Shown here: one piece after another, positions 15,516-24,180 of the stretch
Position numbering within the stretch: the first letter of the stretch is position 1
Layout of the letters: the number at the start of each line of letters is the position of its first letter
IMG/VR virus record: IMGVR_UViG_3300025652_000245
Span: 1-34,536 of that record
Direction: 5' to 3' (one strand)
From: a virus
Lineage: Duplodnaviria > Caudoviricetes
DNA: 34,536 bases
Position numbers and translations under genes: made by a program
Notes under the pieces: generated by a model
Seen by the model: only the letters and a program-made list of their open reading frames with translations
The model's database searches: none
What the model was told of the DNA's origin: nothing

Positions 15516-16402
15516 TGTCAAATATAATTGAGTATGATGCTTTTCGTGCAAAAATAAAGGCTATTGATGTGGCATGTGATTTTGTGCCTGAAGTGTCAAC
15601 TACAGATGGATATGAAAAATCAAAGCGTGTTGCGTTGGATGTTGGCAAGGTTTTGACGGCTCTGGAAAAAAAGCGCAAAGAATTAAAAGAGGATATTTTG
15701 ATCCGTGGCCGCGCCATTGATGGTGAGGCAAAAGCCATCAAGTCAGAATTGGAATCATTTCAGGGGCCACACAAAGAAGCATACCAGCGGCTTGATAAAG
15801 AAAAGAAAGAGCGCAAAGAAAAAAGGGCGGCAGAGTTGCAGGGTCGGGTTGATTTTATCGCTGGGCTGCCTGCTGCAATGGTTGATGCTGACTCTGAATC
15901 TGTCAAAGAAGCAATGCAGGATTTGCACAGCAATGAATGTTTAGACTTTTATGAGTTTACGTCAGACGCTCTACAGGCACGCAAGGCATCCATTGATGCT
16001 CTGGCTGATATGTTTAGCCGTAAACTACAGCAAGAGGCTGACAATGCAGAATTAAAGCGGTTGCGGGCTGAAGCTGAAGCAAGAGAGGCTGCCAGCAACA
16101 AGGCTGAAATTGAGCAGGCTGCCATTGCTCAATATATTGCAAAGCCGCCAGCCGATTCATCGGGGTTTGATTTGGGTCAAGCAAAAACAACTGTTCCTGG
16201 CGGTGATGGCGCGGTTGATGTGTCTTTGCCTGCTGGCACGTCAAAGCCAGAAAGCCCATTTGTAACAAAGGCGCATATAGCAAAAATAAATGTTGCCCTT
16301 GAGTTGATGTTGGTGCAATATGGTCTTGATCCGGTGCAAGCGGCAGAGTTGATTGATGCAATTTCTGCTGGCAAGGTTCCACATCTTACAATTGAATATT
16401 GA
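15512..16402 (+). CDS. Coiled-coil protein of the recombination module
   Basis: Long charged helices; C-terminal AISAGKVPHLTIEY; lies between erf and ssb. Confidence 0.75.
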   Translation: MMSNIIEYDAFRAKIKAIDVACDFVPEVSTTDGYEKSKRVALDVGKVLTALEKKRKELKEDILIRGRAIDGEAKAIKSELESFQGPHKEAYQRLDKEKKERKEKRAAELQGRVDFIAGLPAAMVDADSESVKEAMQDLHSNECLDFYEFTSDALQARKASIDALADMFSRKLQQEADNAELKRLRAEAEAREAASNKAEIEQAAIAQYIAKPPADSSGFDLGQAKTTVPGGDGAVDVSLPAGTSKPESPFVTKAHIAKINVALELMLVQYGLDPVQAAELIDAISAGKVPHLTIEY

Positions 16403-16412
16403 GGCATAAAAA

Positions 16413-16805
16413 ATGAATATTTGGTCTTTTACCGGCAATCTTGGCCGTGATGCAGAAATCAAACACCTCCCAAATGGCACAGCAGTTTGTGAATTTCCCG
16501 TTGCTGTAACAAGTGGCTATGGTGACAAAAAGCAAACAACCTGGGCGCGGTGCGTTATATTTGGCAAGAAAGCAGAAGGCGGCCTGCCAGCCTATTTAGT
16601 GAAGGGGCAGAAAGTTGCCATTAGTGGTGAGGCTTGCTTGCGGGAATGGGACAAACCAGATGGCGGCAAAGGGTTTTCTTTGCAGGTAGTCGTGGGCAAT
16701 CTTGACCTGATTGGTGACAAAGCCCCAGGACAACAGCCGCAACAACAGCCGCAACAGCAAGCGCCAGCGGCATCTGGCATGTTTGACGACGATATTCCCT
16801 TTTGA
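16413..16805 (+). CDS. ssb: Single-stranded DNA-binding protein
   Basis: GNLGRDAE OB-fold start, Q/P linker, DDDIPF tail. Confidence 0.97.
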   Translation: MNIWSFTGNLGRDAEIKHLPNGTAVCEFPVAVTSGYGDKKQTTWARCVIFGKKAEGGLPAYLVKGQKVAISGEACLREWDKPDGGKGFSLQVVVGNLDLIGDKAPGQQPQQQPQQQAPAASGMFDDDIPF

Positions 16806-16881
16806 TTTCCTCAACACAGTCACAGGTGTAAGTTGGCGGCGCGCGGGTCGTCGTTCTGTGACAAACCCGCAATAATTCCTC

Positions 16882-16902
16882 AGCCCCTTAATTGGGGTTT
16901 TT
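16882..16902 (+). terminator. Rho-independent terminator
   Basis: AGCCCC-TTAATT-GGGGTT followed by a T run. Confidence 0.7.
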
Positions 16903-16927
16903 GGATAACAACTAGATGGGGGCAAAA

Positions 16928-17128
16928 ATGAAAGTAATTATTTTATTATTATTCGTTGTCGGTCTTTCTGGCTTTATGGTCGGACATGCAGAAGGCAAGC
17001 GCAAAGCCTCTGAGAAAATAGACAGTATAACTGAGGCGATAACAGAAAACTGTGCAGGTCAAGATTGGTTTCAGTATGATCTTGTTTCTCTTGAGTGTGA
17101 ATTAATGGGTGGCAATGATGACAGTTGA
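16928..17128 (+). CDS. Small protein with N-terminal TM/signal segment
   Basis: MKVIILLLFVVGLSGFMVG. Confidence 0.65.
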   Translation: MKVIILLLFVVGLSGFMVGHAEGKRKASEKIDSITEAITENCAGQDWFQYDLVSLECELMGGNDDS

Positions 17129-17300
17129 TGATGCAATAATTCAAATTTCAAAAGTTGCTGTGCAGGTTTCTATTGAGGATCAAGCAGAGTTGTGCGTGAA
17201 GTTGATGGCAATCTTTGGTGATCAATACACAGTCATCAGTGGCGCTGGCGGTGTGCAGGAATTGCTTGACGTGTTAAGTTTAAGATTAATTCAACATTAA
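17115..17300 (+). CDS. Hypothetical protein
   Basis: GGTGG SD; fits the operon packing. Confidence 0.6.
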   Translation: MMTVDDAIIQISKVAVQVSIEDQAELCVKLMAIFGDQYTVISGAGGVQELLDVLSLRLIQH

Positions 17301-17312
17301 AAAGAGGGTTTT

Positions 17313-17471
17313 ATGATGGTTGCTTTTTTGGTTGTTTTGTCTGTGGTTTTGTTGATAGATGCTTTTTGTTACTGGGCATCTGTAGCTGTTGACGGAAACC
17401 AAAATAATTTTTGGCCTTTTAGCGGGTATTACTGCTTGTATAAAACAGGGCGTAAGCACTGGAACACATAA
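17313..17471 (+). CDS. 52-aa membrane protein (not in ORF track)
   Basis: MMVAFLVVLSVVLLIDAFCYWASVAVDG...; GAGGG SD. Confidence 0.65.
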   Translation: MMVAFLVVLSVVLLIDAFCYWASVAVDGNQNNFWPFSGYYCLYKTGRKHWNT

Positions 17472-17485
17472 AAAAAGAGGGTTTT

Positions 17486-17671
17486 ATGATGGATGATTTA
17501 ATGGGTGCGGTTTTCGGGTTGGGTCTTATTCTGGCCACAATTGGGGCATGGATGACACACATAGCCCACTGCTTTACTGTTGAGGCGTGGGGCTTTCTAA
17601 TTGCAGGGGCCATGTTCTTTCCGGTTGCTGTGGTGCATGGTGTCGGCCTGTGGTTTGGGCTGTGGGGTTGA
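17486..17671 (+). CDS. Small membrane protein
   Basis: AWMTHIAHC...WGFLIAGAMFFPVAVVHG; hydrophobic. Confidence 0.75.
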   Translation: MMDDLMGAVFGLGLILATIGAWMTHIAHCFTVEAWGFLIAGAMFFPVAVVHGVGLWFGLWG

Positions 17672-17673
17672 AT

Positions 17674-17973
17674 ATGGAAAAGTTGGGATATGTGGCAGCT
17701 TTTGCGCTGCTGGTAGTTTGTCACATTGTGGCTTGCGGTTGGGCTTTTTCAGTTTTATGGGGCTGGTTTGTGGTGCCTATGTTTGGGCTTCCAGTGCTGA
17801 CGATTCCAGCGGCAGCGGGGTTGTTATTAGTCGCCAGTTTTTTGGTGGACGACCCACCGGAAAAAACAAGCGTTGCAGACTTCAACGATTTGGTCATCAG
17901 AGCCGCTGGCAAACTAGCAGGCAAATGTGTTGTCGGTGTTGTTCTTGGTTGGGTAATATTACAGTTTATTTAA
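17674..17973 (+). CDS. Three-TM membrane protein
   Basis: LWGWFVVPMFGLPVLTIPAAAGL motif seen in small phage membrane proteins. Confidence 0.75.
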   Translation: MEKLGYVAAFALLVVCHIVACGWAFSVLWGWFVVPMFGLPVLTIPAAAGLLLVASFLVDDPPEKTSVADFNDLVIRAAGKLAGKCVVGVVLGWVILQFI

Positions 17974-18016
17974 CCGTGGTCAGCAGCGGTTTATCCGCTG
18001 GCTGCGGTTGTTATAA
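17968..18016 (-). mobile_element. attC-like site 1
   Basis: Minus strand TTATAAC-AACCG-CAG[C]CAGCGG-ATAAA-CCGCTGCTG-ACCACG-GTTAAAT. Confidence 0.65.
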
Positions 18017-18033
18017 AACGGAGGAAATTTAGC

Positions 18034-18294
18034 ATGCCAAGTTTTAATAATTCACCAGACACCGCCCCCCTAACAAAAGAGGAAAAAGCATGGTGTAGAA
18101 AACTTGAAAAACTTTTACTAAGCACCCCTGATCGGTTTGGAATTTACACCATAGGCGACCCAGAACTTGTAGTTTTTGATAAGGATGAATGTGTGGTTAG
18201 AGGGATAGAGCAAGAAGAGTGTTTGCCATCTAATAATAATTTACATCTAGCCCAAATAAATTCAAGCGAACACATACAAGGGTGGTGTGGCTAG
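18034..18294 (+). CDS. Hypothetical protein, 86 aa, carried between attC-like sites
   Basis: GGAGG SD; LTKEEKAWCRKLEKLL...RFGIYTIGDPEL. Confidence 0.8.
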   Translation: MPSFNNSPDTAPLTKEEKAWCRKLEKLLLSTPDRFGIYTIGDPELVVFDKDECVVRGIEQEECLPSNNNLHLAQINSSEHIQGWCG

Positions 18295-18296
18295 TT

Positions 18297-18346
18297 TTAT
18301 AACAAAGACCTTCGCGGGCTATGTCCCGCGTAATGAAGTGTTATTT
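18297..18346 (-). mobile_element. attC-like site 2
   Basis: Minus strand AAATAAC-ACTTC-ATT[A]CGCGGG-ACATAG-CCCGCGAAG-GTCTTT-GTTATAA. Confidence 0.55.
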
Positions 18347-18355
18347 AATAAAAGT

Positions 18356-18385
18356 AAAAACCTGGGGCCAATCGGCCCCTTTTTG
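18356..18385. terminator. Bidirectional terminator between convergent operons
   Basis: A run, GGGGCC-AATC-GGCCCC, T run. Confidence 0.75.
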
Positions 18386-18389
18386 GGTA

Positions 18390-18773
18390 TTACAGTGCAG
18401 CCATATCGGTGCCGTTGTAATAGTAGGCAGCCGTTACACCGTCAGCAATGGTGGCTCCGGTTTCCCCGCTAATCTTGAGCGTCAAGGTGAACCCAGTGTT
18501 GTTGGTGACAATGTACAGCGGCCCATTAGCCGGGAAAACTACATCCCGATTTGCAGTTAATGGCACAGCCACATCTGTGAACGTGATGAATTTATCCCGC
18601 CATTCTTCAGAGCCAGCAGTTGTGACCAATGTGTGGTTGGCATCAGATGGAAAATCAATTGTTATGCGGCCTGCAATGGCCTGCTCTAAAACCCTGTCTA
18701 ATTCATTAGATGTGGCGTACTGATCTTTTTGCAGCGCGCTGATTTCTGTTGCTGCCAAATATGGCGTTGTCAT
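18390..18773 (-). CDS. Small tail-associated protein
   Basis: TTPYL...Q...T.NE.L..LE N-terminus typical of the gene following GTA-like tail tips. Confidence 0.65.
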   Translation of the reverse strand: MTTPYLAATEISALQKDQYATSNELDRVLEQAIAGRITIDFPSDANHTLVTTAGSEEWRDKFITFTDVAVPLTANRDVVFPANGPLYIVTNNTGFTLTLKISGETGATIADGVTAAYYYNGTDMAAL

Positions 18774-21700
18774 TATAGTGTTGCCTCTGTTACATATCCG
18801 CGCCCAACTATGGCAGACATCTGGTAAATTTTAATATCAATCGTGCTTTGGTTTCCTGCAAAATCGGTCACTTGGTCTGCACTGGTGTATTGAACCGCCC
18901 CAGTGGTTGCTGCTAGTGTGCGCACAACTGTTGCGCCATCCATTATATCAATAGAATAGCTTTCTGAATCCTCGCCAACAGGAATTTCAACCCCTGTGAC
19001 CCATTCGCTGCTTGATAGTCGTGAACGCCTTAGCCACTCAATATTCCAGTTATCAGAGCCATCAATTGAACCTGTGACCTGCACCACAGACAATGGTTTT
19101 TTATTCACTCCATTATATGTGAACTCATAATCAACGGCAGAATCTATATTCTTTCCAGATGTCACGCCACGGTAAAGGCGGGCTGTACCTATCTCAGATA
19201 TATTGCTACCCAAGAATGATGTATCTTTATCTGCCAAAAATATAAATTTGTCGCCATCAACATGCGTGCCTGTGACCCATTCTGTGCCATGTAAGCCGCG
19301 CAGAAAATTGCTCAGTGTGATCGTATTATCAGCATTCAATGTTGCGGCTGAAAAGCGTATTATCTCCCAACCGTTAGCATCTGAACCATAAGCCGCATAA
19401 TTTTTGCCGGTCATCATTTGTGCTTCAGTTATAGATGATATTTCCATGTCCAGACTATAAGGTCGCACAGTCAGCGCGCTTGCTCGATCAATCACAAAGC
19501 AGTCATGTGCTGACAATGAGTCAGAGCAAATGCCGCCAGTAACCGGGCTTGTATACACCTGAAGATTTGACCAAGTTTGGCCAGAATCCACACTGCGAAT
19601 GATGCTGCCTCCCGGCCATCCTGAAGATGATCCGTTCAACGCACCAACAAAGCCAGGGACATCATCAGCATCACGAATCAGTGGTATATCGAGCAGGTGC
19701 ATCACAGATTTTGACGCAAACGGGATAACAGTATCGCCAATAACTCGCTGCCCACCTTCAATGGTTTGCGTATACAGTGCAGCAGCAGTCAGCTTGGCCG
19801 TAAAGTCAACGCGACCATCAGCCAAAGGGTTGGCAGACGTTAGCCGCCATTCCAGCACAGCATAAGGCGTTGTGATCGTGACAACATCGGCAGCCTCCAA
19901 TGCCCTGTAAGTTTGCGGCAATGTCCCTGCGTAGTCATCACGCTCCAACCAAAGCCGGTCAATCGTTGTTTGTGCTAGTTGCGCTATTTCATCGGGCGTG
20001 AACACAACAGGAATTTCAAAGGTTTCGATGTTGACCGCATCAGAACCAACGCGCTCTCTTGAAGAATCTGTATTAGTTCCATAGTTTCTGGCTGCGTCGA
20101 TATAACCAATATCAACCCTTTTTGCCAGTTTTAAGTCCATTTCGCGCGAATGTTTTAACGCAGGGCCAGGGGCAGAACCTGCACGCCTTGCATCAAGATC
20201 GTTGTAATCAATTGTCATAACAGATGACAATCCACGCGGCACAGCCTTGATTTGATAACCTGACTCTATTAGGTCAAACGAGAATGCAGACTCAAGCGGG
20301 GCAAGCGATGAACGAATGGATTTAATGCCAGATGATGCGTACCCTGTAACAGTATCAGTCAGCAATGACACATCAATATCAGCAGGCTCTATCAAACTTG
20401 ATTGCTCAAGTCGTGTGCGCACCACTTCAGACAGAAGCTGGCCGCCAGGGTCAATGGATGGCAACCGCCAGCGTTCAATTCTCAGCTCTTCTTCGCCAGG
20501 GAAGTCTGGCTGAACCACGCGAGTTAATATGCTGCCTTCAACTGTAAAATTATTATTGTCTATTTCTATTCTGGTGACAGAAGGCTCCGGGCAAATCATT
20601 ACATCAGATTTAATTTCGCTATCAAAATCTACAGCATAAAAGCGGCCTGTTAAATTACCAATGGGAAAGCCGCAATAAATCAAGCCATTATCAGAATCCC
20701 AGCTCATTCTAGTGGCGCGTGCCGCATAGTTTTCGCCGGGAAAGCTAATGTTTTTATATTCTACCAACGTACCGTCAGAAGAATATTTAGTGATCCCGTC
20801 TGATGGCTGTCGCGCCCCAGTGCCTACATCACCATGCAAAACATAGAGATTGTTTGAATCATCAACACAAATAGCCATTGTGTCGGTGATTTCTGCGATG
20901 CGCGAACCGTCTGGAAAATACAAATGGCCTGAAAAGTTGCTCCACCCAAACATAGTTTCATTTTTATAAACTACCCAGCCATTAGCACCGTTAAAATAGG
21001 AGTTAGAAAGACTGCTCCATAATGAGGGCTGTCGCGGGATCGTGGGGCCATCCACATCTTGCCAAGCTGACGCAAGCCGACCAAGATCAACATATCCCCC
21101 ATAGTTTCCGGTGTGACTGTCAAGCGTGTATTCTATTCGCCTCTGAAAGTCGTTATCCGCTTCCTGGACCTGATAGACCACTGCCTCCTCTTGGTTTAGG
21201 TATTGGGAAGCATGTGTCTTTGTGCTGCCAGCTATATCTACATCGACAGAACCCAAAAGAACAGGGCTGTCTGCTGTGCCGCTATTGATGGCCTCAACTT
21301 TTACCTGCAAGCCGCTTGGCGAGTTACCATAGCGGGCCAACGGGTAATCATAAAGCATCAACAGGGACATGCCGCGATAGGCGGGGCATTCCCCGTTTGG
21401 CAAGTCTGCAGCCATACGAGGATCAACAGGCTGGTCGTCATATCCAGGGTATAATCTGACTGTTCCTGGTGCTGGGTTTGTGGCAAGCGTTGTCTTTAAC
21501 AGGCCCGAATTTGCTTGCAGGGTTGCTGCCGGGAAAACATTAGATGAAGCCGCTGCACTGGCCAAATCTTCAGCAAAAGAATTTGCAACCAAATCAGGGC
21601 CAAACCAAATGCGCCCAACTCCGTCAATTTGATGGTCGGCGATTAAGATTGCGCACGTTACTGAATAGGTATAGGTCACATTGGTGGCACCACCACCACC

Positions 21701-22009
21701 GCCTTTGCTGCCTTCTGCCTCCTCCTCTGTGCGGGTTTCTTTCATTTTCCCGTTTTCTATCCAGATCATCTGACCACGGACACCAATAGTGCCATTAATA
21801 TTGGCCACTGGGTCGCCATATTTTGCGGTCATTGCCGTCAGATCGTCTAGGCGCGGCCCCTCAATTACTGGGCCTGGGGCCGGATCAAGAGCAGCCCCAA
21901 GGCTTCCACCTATGGCAGCACCTTGCGCAGCCACTGCCGGATTACCGCCAGAACCTACAAAGCCAACAACACCACCAACAACGGTGCCAAGTACCTGACC
22001 AACACTCAT
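18773..22009 (-). CDS. Tail tip / host-specificity protein (GTA-like, Phage-tail_3)
   Basis: GPRLDDL...YG.PV..I.GT, RIWFG, QPVDPRM...PAYRG, EIIRF..A...LRGLHGTE. Confidence 0.9.
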   Translation of the reverse strand: MSVGQVLGTVVGGVVGFVGSGGNPAVAAQGAAIGGSLGAALDPAPGPVIEGPRLDDLTAMTAKYGDPVANINGTIGVRGQMIWIENGKMKETRTEEEAEGSKGGGGGATNVTYTYSVTCAILIADHQIDGVGRIWFGPDLVANSFAEDLASAAASSNVFPAATLQANSGLLKTTLATNPAPGTVRLYPGYDDQPVDPRMAADLPNGECPAYRGMSLLMLYDYPLARYGNSPSGLQVKVEAINSGTADSPVLLGSVDVDIAGSTKTHASQYLNQEEAVVYQVQEADNDFQRRIEYTLDSHTGNYGGYVDLGRLASAWQDVDGPTIPRQPSLWSSLSNSYFNGANGWVVYKNETMFGWSNFSGHLYFPDGSRIAEITDTMAICVDDSNNLYVLHGDVGTGARQPSDGITKYSSDGTLVEYKNISFPGENYAARATRMSWDSDNGLIYCGFPIGNLTGRFYAVDFDSEIKSDVMICPEPSVTRIEIDNNNFTVEGSILTRVVQPDFPGEEELRIERWRLPSIDPGGQLLSEVVRTRLEQSSLIEPADIDVSLLTDTVTGYASSGIKSIRSSLAPLESAFSFDLIESGYQIKAVPRGLSSVMTIDYNDLDARRAGSAPGPALKHSREMDLKLAKRVDIGYIDAARNYGTNTDSSRERVGSDAVNIETFEIPVVFTPDEIAQLAQTTIDRLWLERDDYAGTLPQTYRALEAADVVTITTPYAVLEWRLTSANPLADGRVDFTAKLTAAALYTQTIEGGQRVIGDTVIPFASKSVMHLLDIPLIRDADDVPGFVGALNGSSSGWPGGSIIRSVDSGQTWSNLQVYTSPVTGGICSDSLSAHDCFVIDRASALTVRPYSLDMEISSITEAQMMTGKNYAAYGSDANGWEIIRFSAATLNADNTITLSNFLRGLHGTEWVTGTHVDGDKFIFLADKDTSFLGSNISEIGTARLYRGVTSGKNIDSAVDYEFTYNGVNKKPLSVVQVTGSIDGSDNWNIEWLRRSRLSSSEWVTGVEIPVGEDSESYSIDIMDGATVVRTLAATTGAVQYTSADQVTDFAGNQSTIDIKIYQMSAIVGRGYVTEATL

Positions 22010-22419
22010 ATCTTAAACCTGTAAGCGTGCGTTATTTGTGATTTCCATGGTGCAAACGGTTGTTCTGTGACCTTCCCAACAGGCGCAAAGGCATGAATGA
22101 TTGTCTGTCCAGTGTATAAGCCAATGTGCTGGGGTGCCGTCGATATTCTGAAAAGCAATAAATCCCCTGGCTGAATCTCAGATATTCTGATTTTTTCTAG
22201 GCTGGGCTGGTCGCCCAATATGGTTTCAAGCATCCCCCGAAACGGCCTGCGGGGATAACCATCACCATCATTATACGGCAGATTCAACCCCTGAAATATA
22301 TGTGCAGGAATCCCGGCGCAATCCATCGCCACGCCACACAGTCGGCCCTGGTGCTTAAAAGGCGTGTCTAAGCACTCCCGCGCCAAAGCAATGATTTGTG
22401 CTTGCAGTTTAGTTTCCAT
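22006..22419 (-). CDS. NlpC/P60 tail assembly peptidase
   Basis: TPFKHQGR...DCAG, QHIGLY, IIHA. Alternative start at 22428. Confidence 0.9.
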   Translation of the reverse strand: METKLQAQIIALARECLDTPFKHQGRLCGVAMDCAGIPAHIFQGLNLPYNDGDGYPRRPFRGMLETILGDQPSLEKIRISEIQPGDLLLFRISTAPQHIGLYTGQTIIHAFAPVGKVTEQPFAPWKSQITHAYRFKI

Positions 22420-23305
22420 TTGTGCCATACGCGTTGAACGCTTCCTCAGTCACCACATCTTCCATTGCTACGCAATTAATAGCATTGTCGTAAACGGTCA
22501 CACACGACCCTGAACGCTTTTTATCACAACCAGGAATCATTTTGTAAGTATCACCCACTTGGATGGCTGAAAACGTGCTTTCTTGCAGCGTAAAGACACC
22601 ACCTGTTGCATGATCCTTGATTGACATGCTGCGCAATCCTGAATTGTCACCCGTCAGCCATAACACAGAACCAAGCGCAAAATAATCAGCATCTTCAGTG
22701 CGCCCTGTATCAGTCCAAACGGATTGCGATGTCACGCCCGTCACAGTGCCTGTCACAAGGTAATCAGCCAAAACAGGGCCATCTGGTGCAGCTCTGGGGC
22801 CAGTGCAGCGGCTTCTGTCAGTCGCAATTAATGTTGTGCTGTCAAGCGTCTCATCAAATAAAGTATGCGTGCATTTTGCAGAAACTTGTGTGCCAACTGA
22901 TTGGCTTGCAGGGTCGCTTAAACTCATTGATTCTATAATATATTGATCATCTTCAATGCGAGACTTTCCAAAAATCGTTTTTTTGATAGCCTCCTCATCT
23001 TCTACAGGTGCCGCCCATGACGTTTCAAATAGATAGCCGCGCGCATTATCAAGCACGCCTGACAAAAGCTGATTGCGGGTGATTCCGGCAGAATCAAAGA
23101 ATGCTTGACTGTCGAACACTGAAGGCGACAAACCAACCTCAGACACAACGTCTGACGGCTCGAAAAACGGGTCAGTAATATATACCTCACCATTGGACAT
23201 GATCAGATTGTGTGGATACCACGCAAACCTAAACACCAGCCCCCCGACAGTTTCAATGCGGGCGCATGTGACTCTGGTTTCTGGATCAGCAACAACACTT
23301 TTCAT
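22409..23305 (-). CDS. Tail hub protein (DUF2163 / BR0599-like, Fe-S cysteines)
   Basis: KCTHTLFD...RC and GCDKK...C; lies between the distal tail and NlpC genes. Confidence 0.85.
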   Translation of the reverse strand: MKSVVADPETRVTCARIETVGGLVFRFAWYPHNLIMSNGEVYITDPFFEPSDVVSEVGLSPSVFDSQAFFDSAGITRNQLLSGVLDNARGYLFETSWAAPVEDEEAIKKTIFGKSRIEDDQYIIESMSLSDPASQSVGTQVSAKCTHTLFDETLDSTTLIATDRSRCTGPRAAPDGPVLADYLVTGTVTGVTSQSVWTDTGRTEDADYFALGSVLWLTGDNSGLRSMSIKDHATGGVFTLQESTFSAIQVGDTYKMIPGCDKKRSGSCVTVYDNAINCVAMEDVVTEEAFNAYGTNGN

Positions 23306-23316
23306 TCAAAAATCAC

Positions 23317-24180
23317 TTATGGGTTGTATGTTTCAATAATGCCAATTGATGTTGACAATATTTCAAAACTGGATCTGTCAATATCTAATGTTGAATTCTC
23401 AAAAACACAAGGAATGTCAAAATAACAGCCGCCGGTTACAATCTCGCTTGATTGCGGCTCTGTGTTGATGGTGCCTGCAGAGCCATAGACTGAGAATGCA
23501 GAAGAATCTATATCAACCGTGATGGTTGTTGCTGTGATGGCGGTGATCTTTCCGCGCAACCCGTTGATCTCTGTCATGCCAACAACAGCCGAAAAATGTA
23601 CAGTGTCATCAGCTACAAGAGAGTGTGTGCCGATAGTCACAACGGCTGACGCGGCTGCAGTGATTCCTGTGACGGTGTATTGATCATTAGCATCAAAGGT
23701 GATTTCACCTGTTGTATAGTCAACAGTAAAATGATTGACAACCGCCTGTGCATTATCAAGATCATCACGAATGCCAACCAACACAGTGCCAGCATTCGGC
23801 TTTAATATTCTGCGCCGCGCCGCCGTTGTGATGGTTTCGTCATCGTACCATTGAGTAAGATGGTACACGCCGTCACCAACCTCACACACCTGATCATCAA
23901 AAGTAGGTACGCCAACAAGCGCATTTGTCGAAAAGTCATAGGGATGTTTCACCCTAAAAGAATTAAATTGCCCACTCGCACGCCTGAACATGGCCACAAC
24001 ATCTGATTGAATAGTTGCATCCAAATCCGATGTTTGCATATCCTGGCTAAACAACACATAGGGATGGATTAACCGCCTAAAATCACGACCACCCAACACC
24101 TCTGTTTTTGTGTTTTCAAAGCTATCAGAAAACCCTGAACCGTAGCTCATTTTTTCTGTTAATCGTTCATCAATAAACAT
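23317..24180 (-). CDS. Distal tail protein (DUF2460-like) with inserted beta domain
   Basis: SYGSGF...GQFNSFRVKHPYDF, VDYTTGEITF, VTGGCYFDIPCVF. Confidence 0.85.
   Translation of the reverse strand: MFIDERLTEKMSYGSGFSDSFENTKTEVLGGRDFRRLIHPYVLFSQDMQTSDLDATIQSDVVAMFRRASGQFNSFRVKHPYDFSTNALVGVPTFDDQVCEVGDGVYHLTQWYDDETITTAARRRILKPNAGTVLVGIRDDLDNAQAVVNHFTVDYTTGEITFDANDQYTVTGITAAASAVVTIGTHSLVADDTVHFSAVVGMTEINGLRGKITAITATTITVDIDSSAFSVYGSAGTINTEPQSSEIVTGGCYFDIPCVFENSTLDIDRSSFEILSTSIGIIETYNP

Noticed and set aside
17667-17673. GTTGAAT as a third attC core making 17674-17973 another cassette
   Set aside because: Matches RYYYAAC on the minus strand but has no accompanying hairpin and lies in the end of a gene.
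18390-22009. Diversity-generating retroelement or invertible tail-fibre system
   Set aside because: No reverse transcriptase, invertase or TR/VR repeat pair seen in the window.
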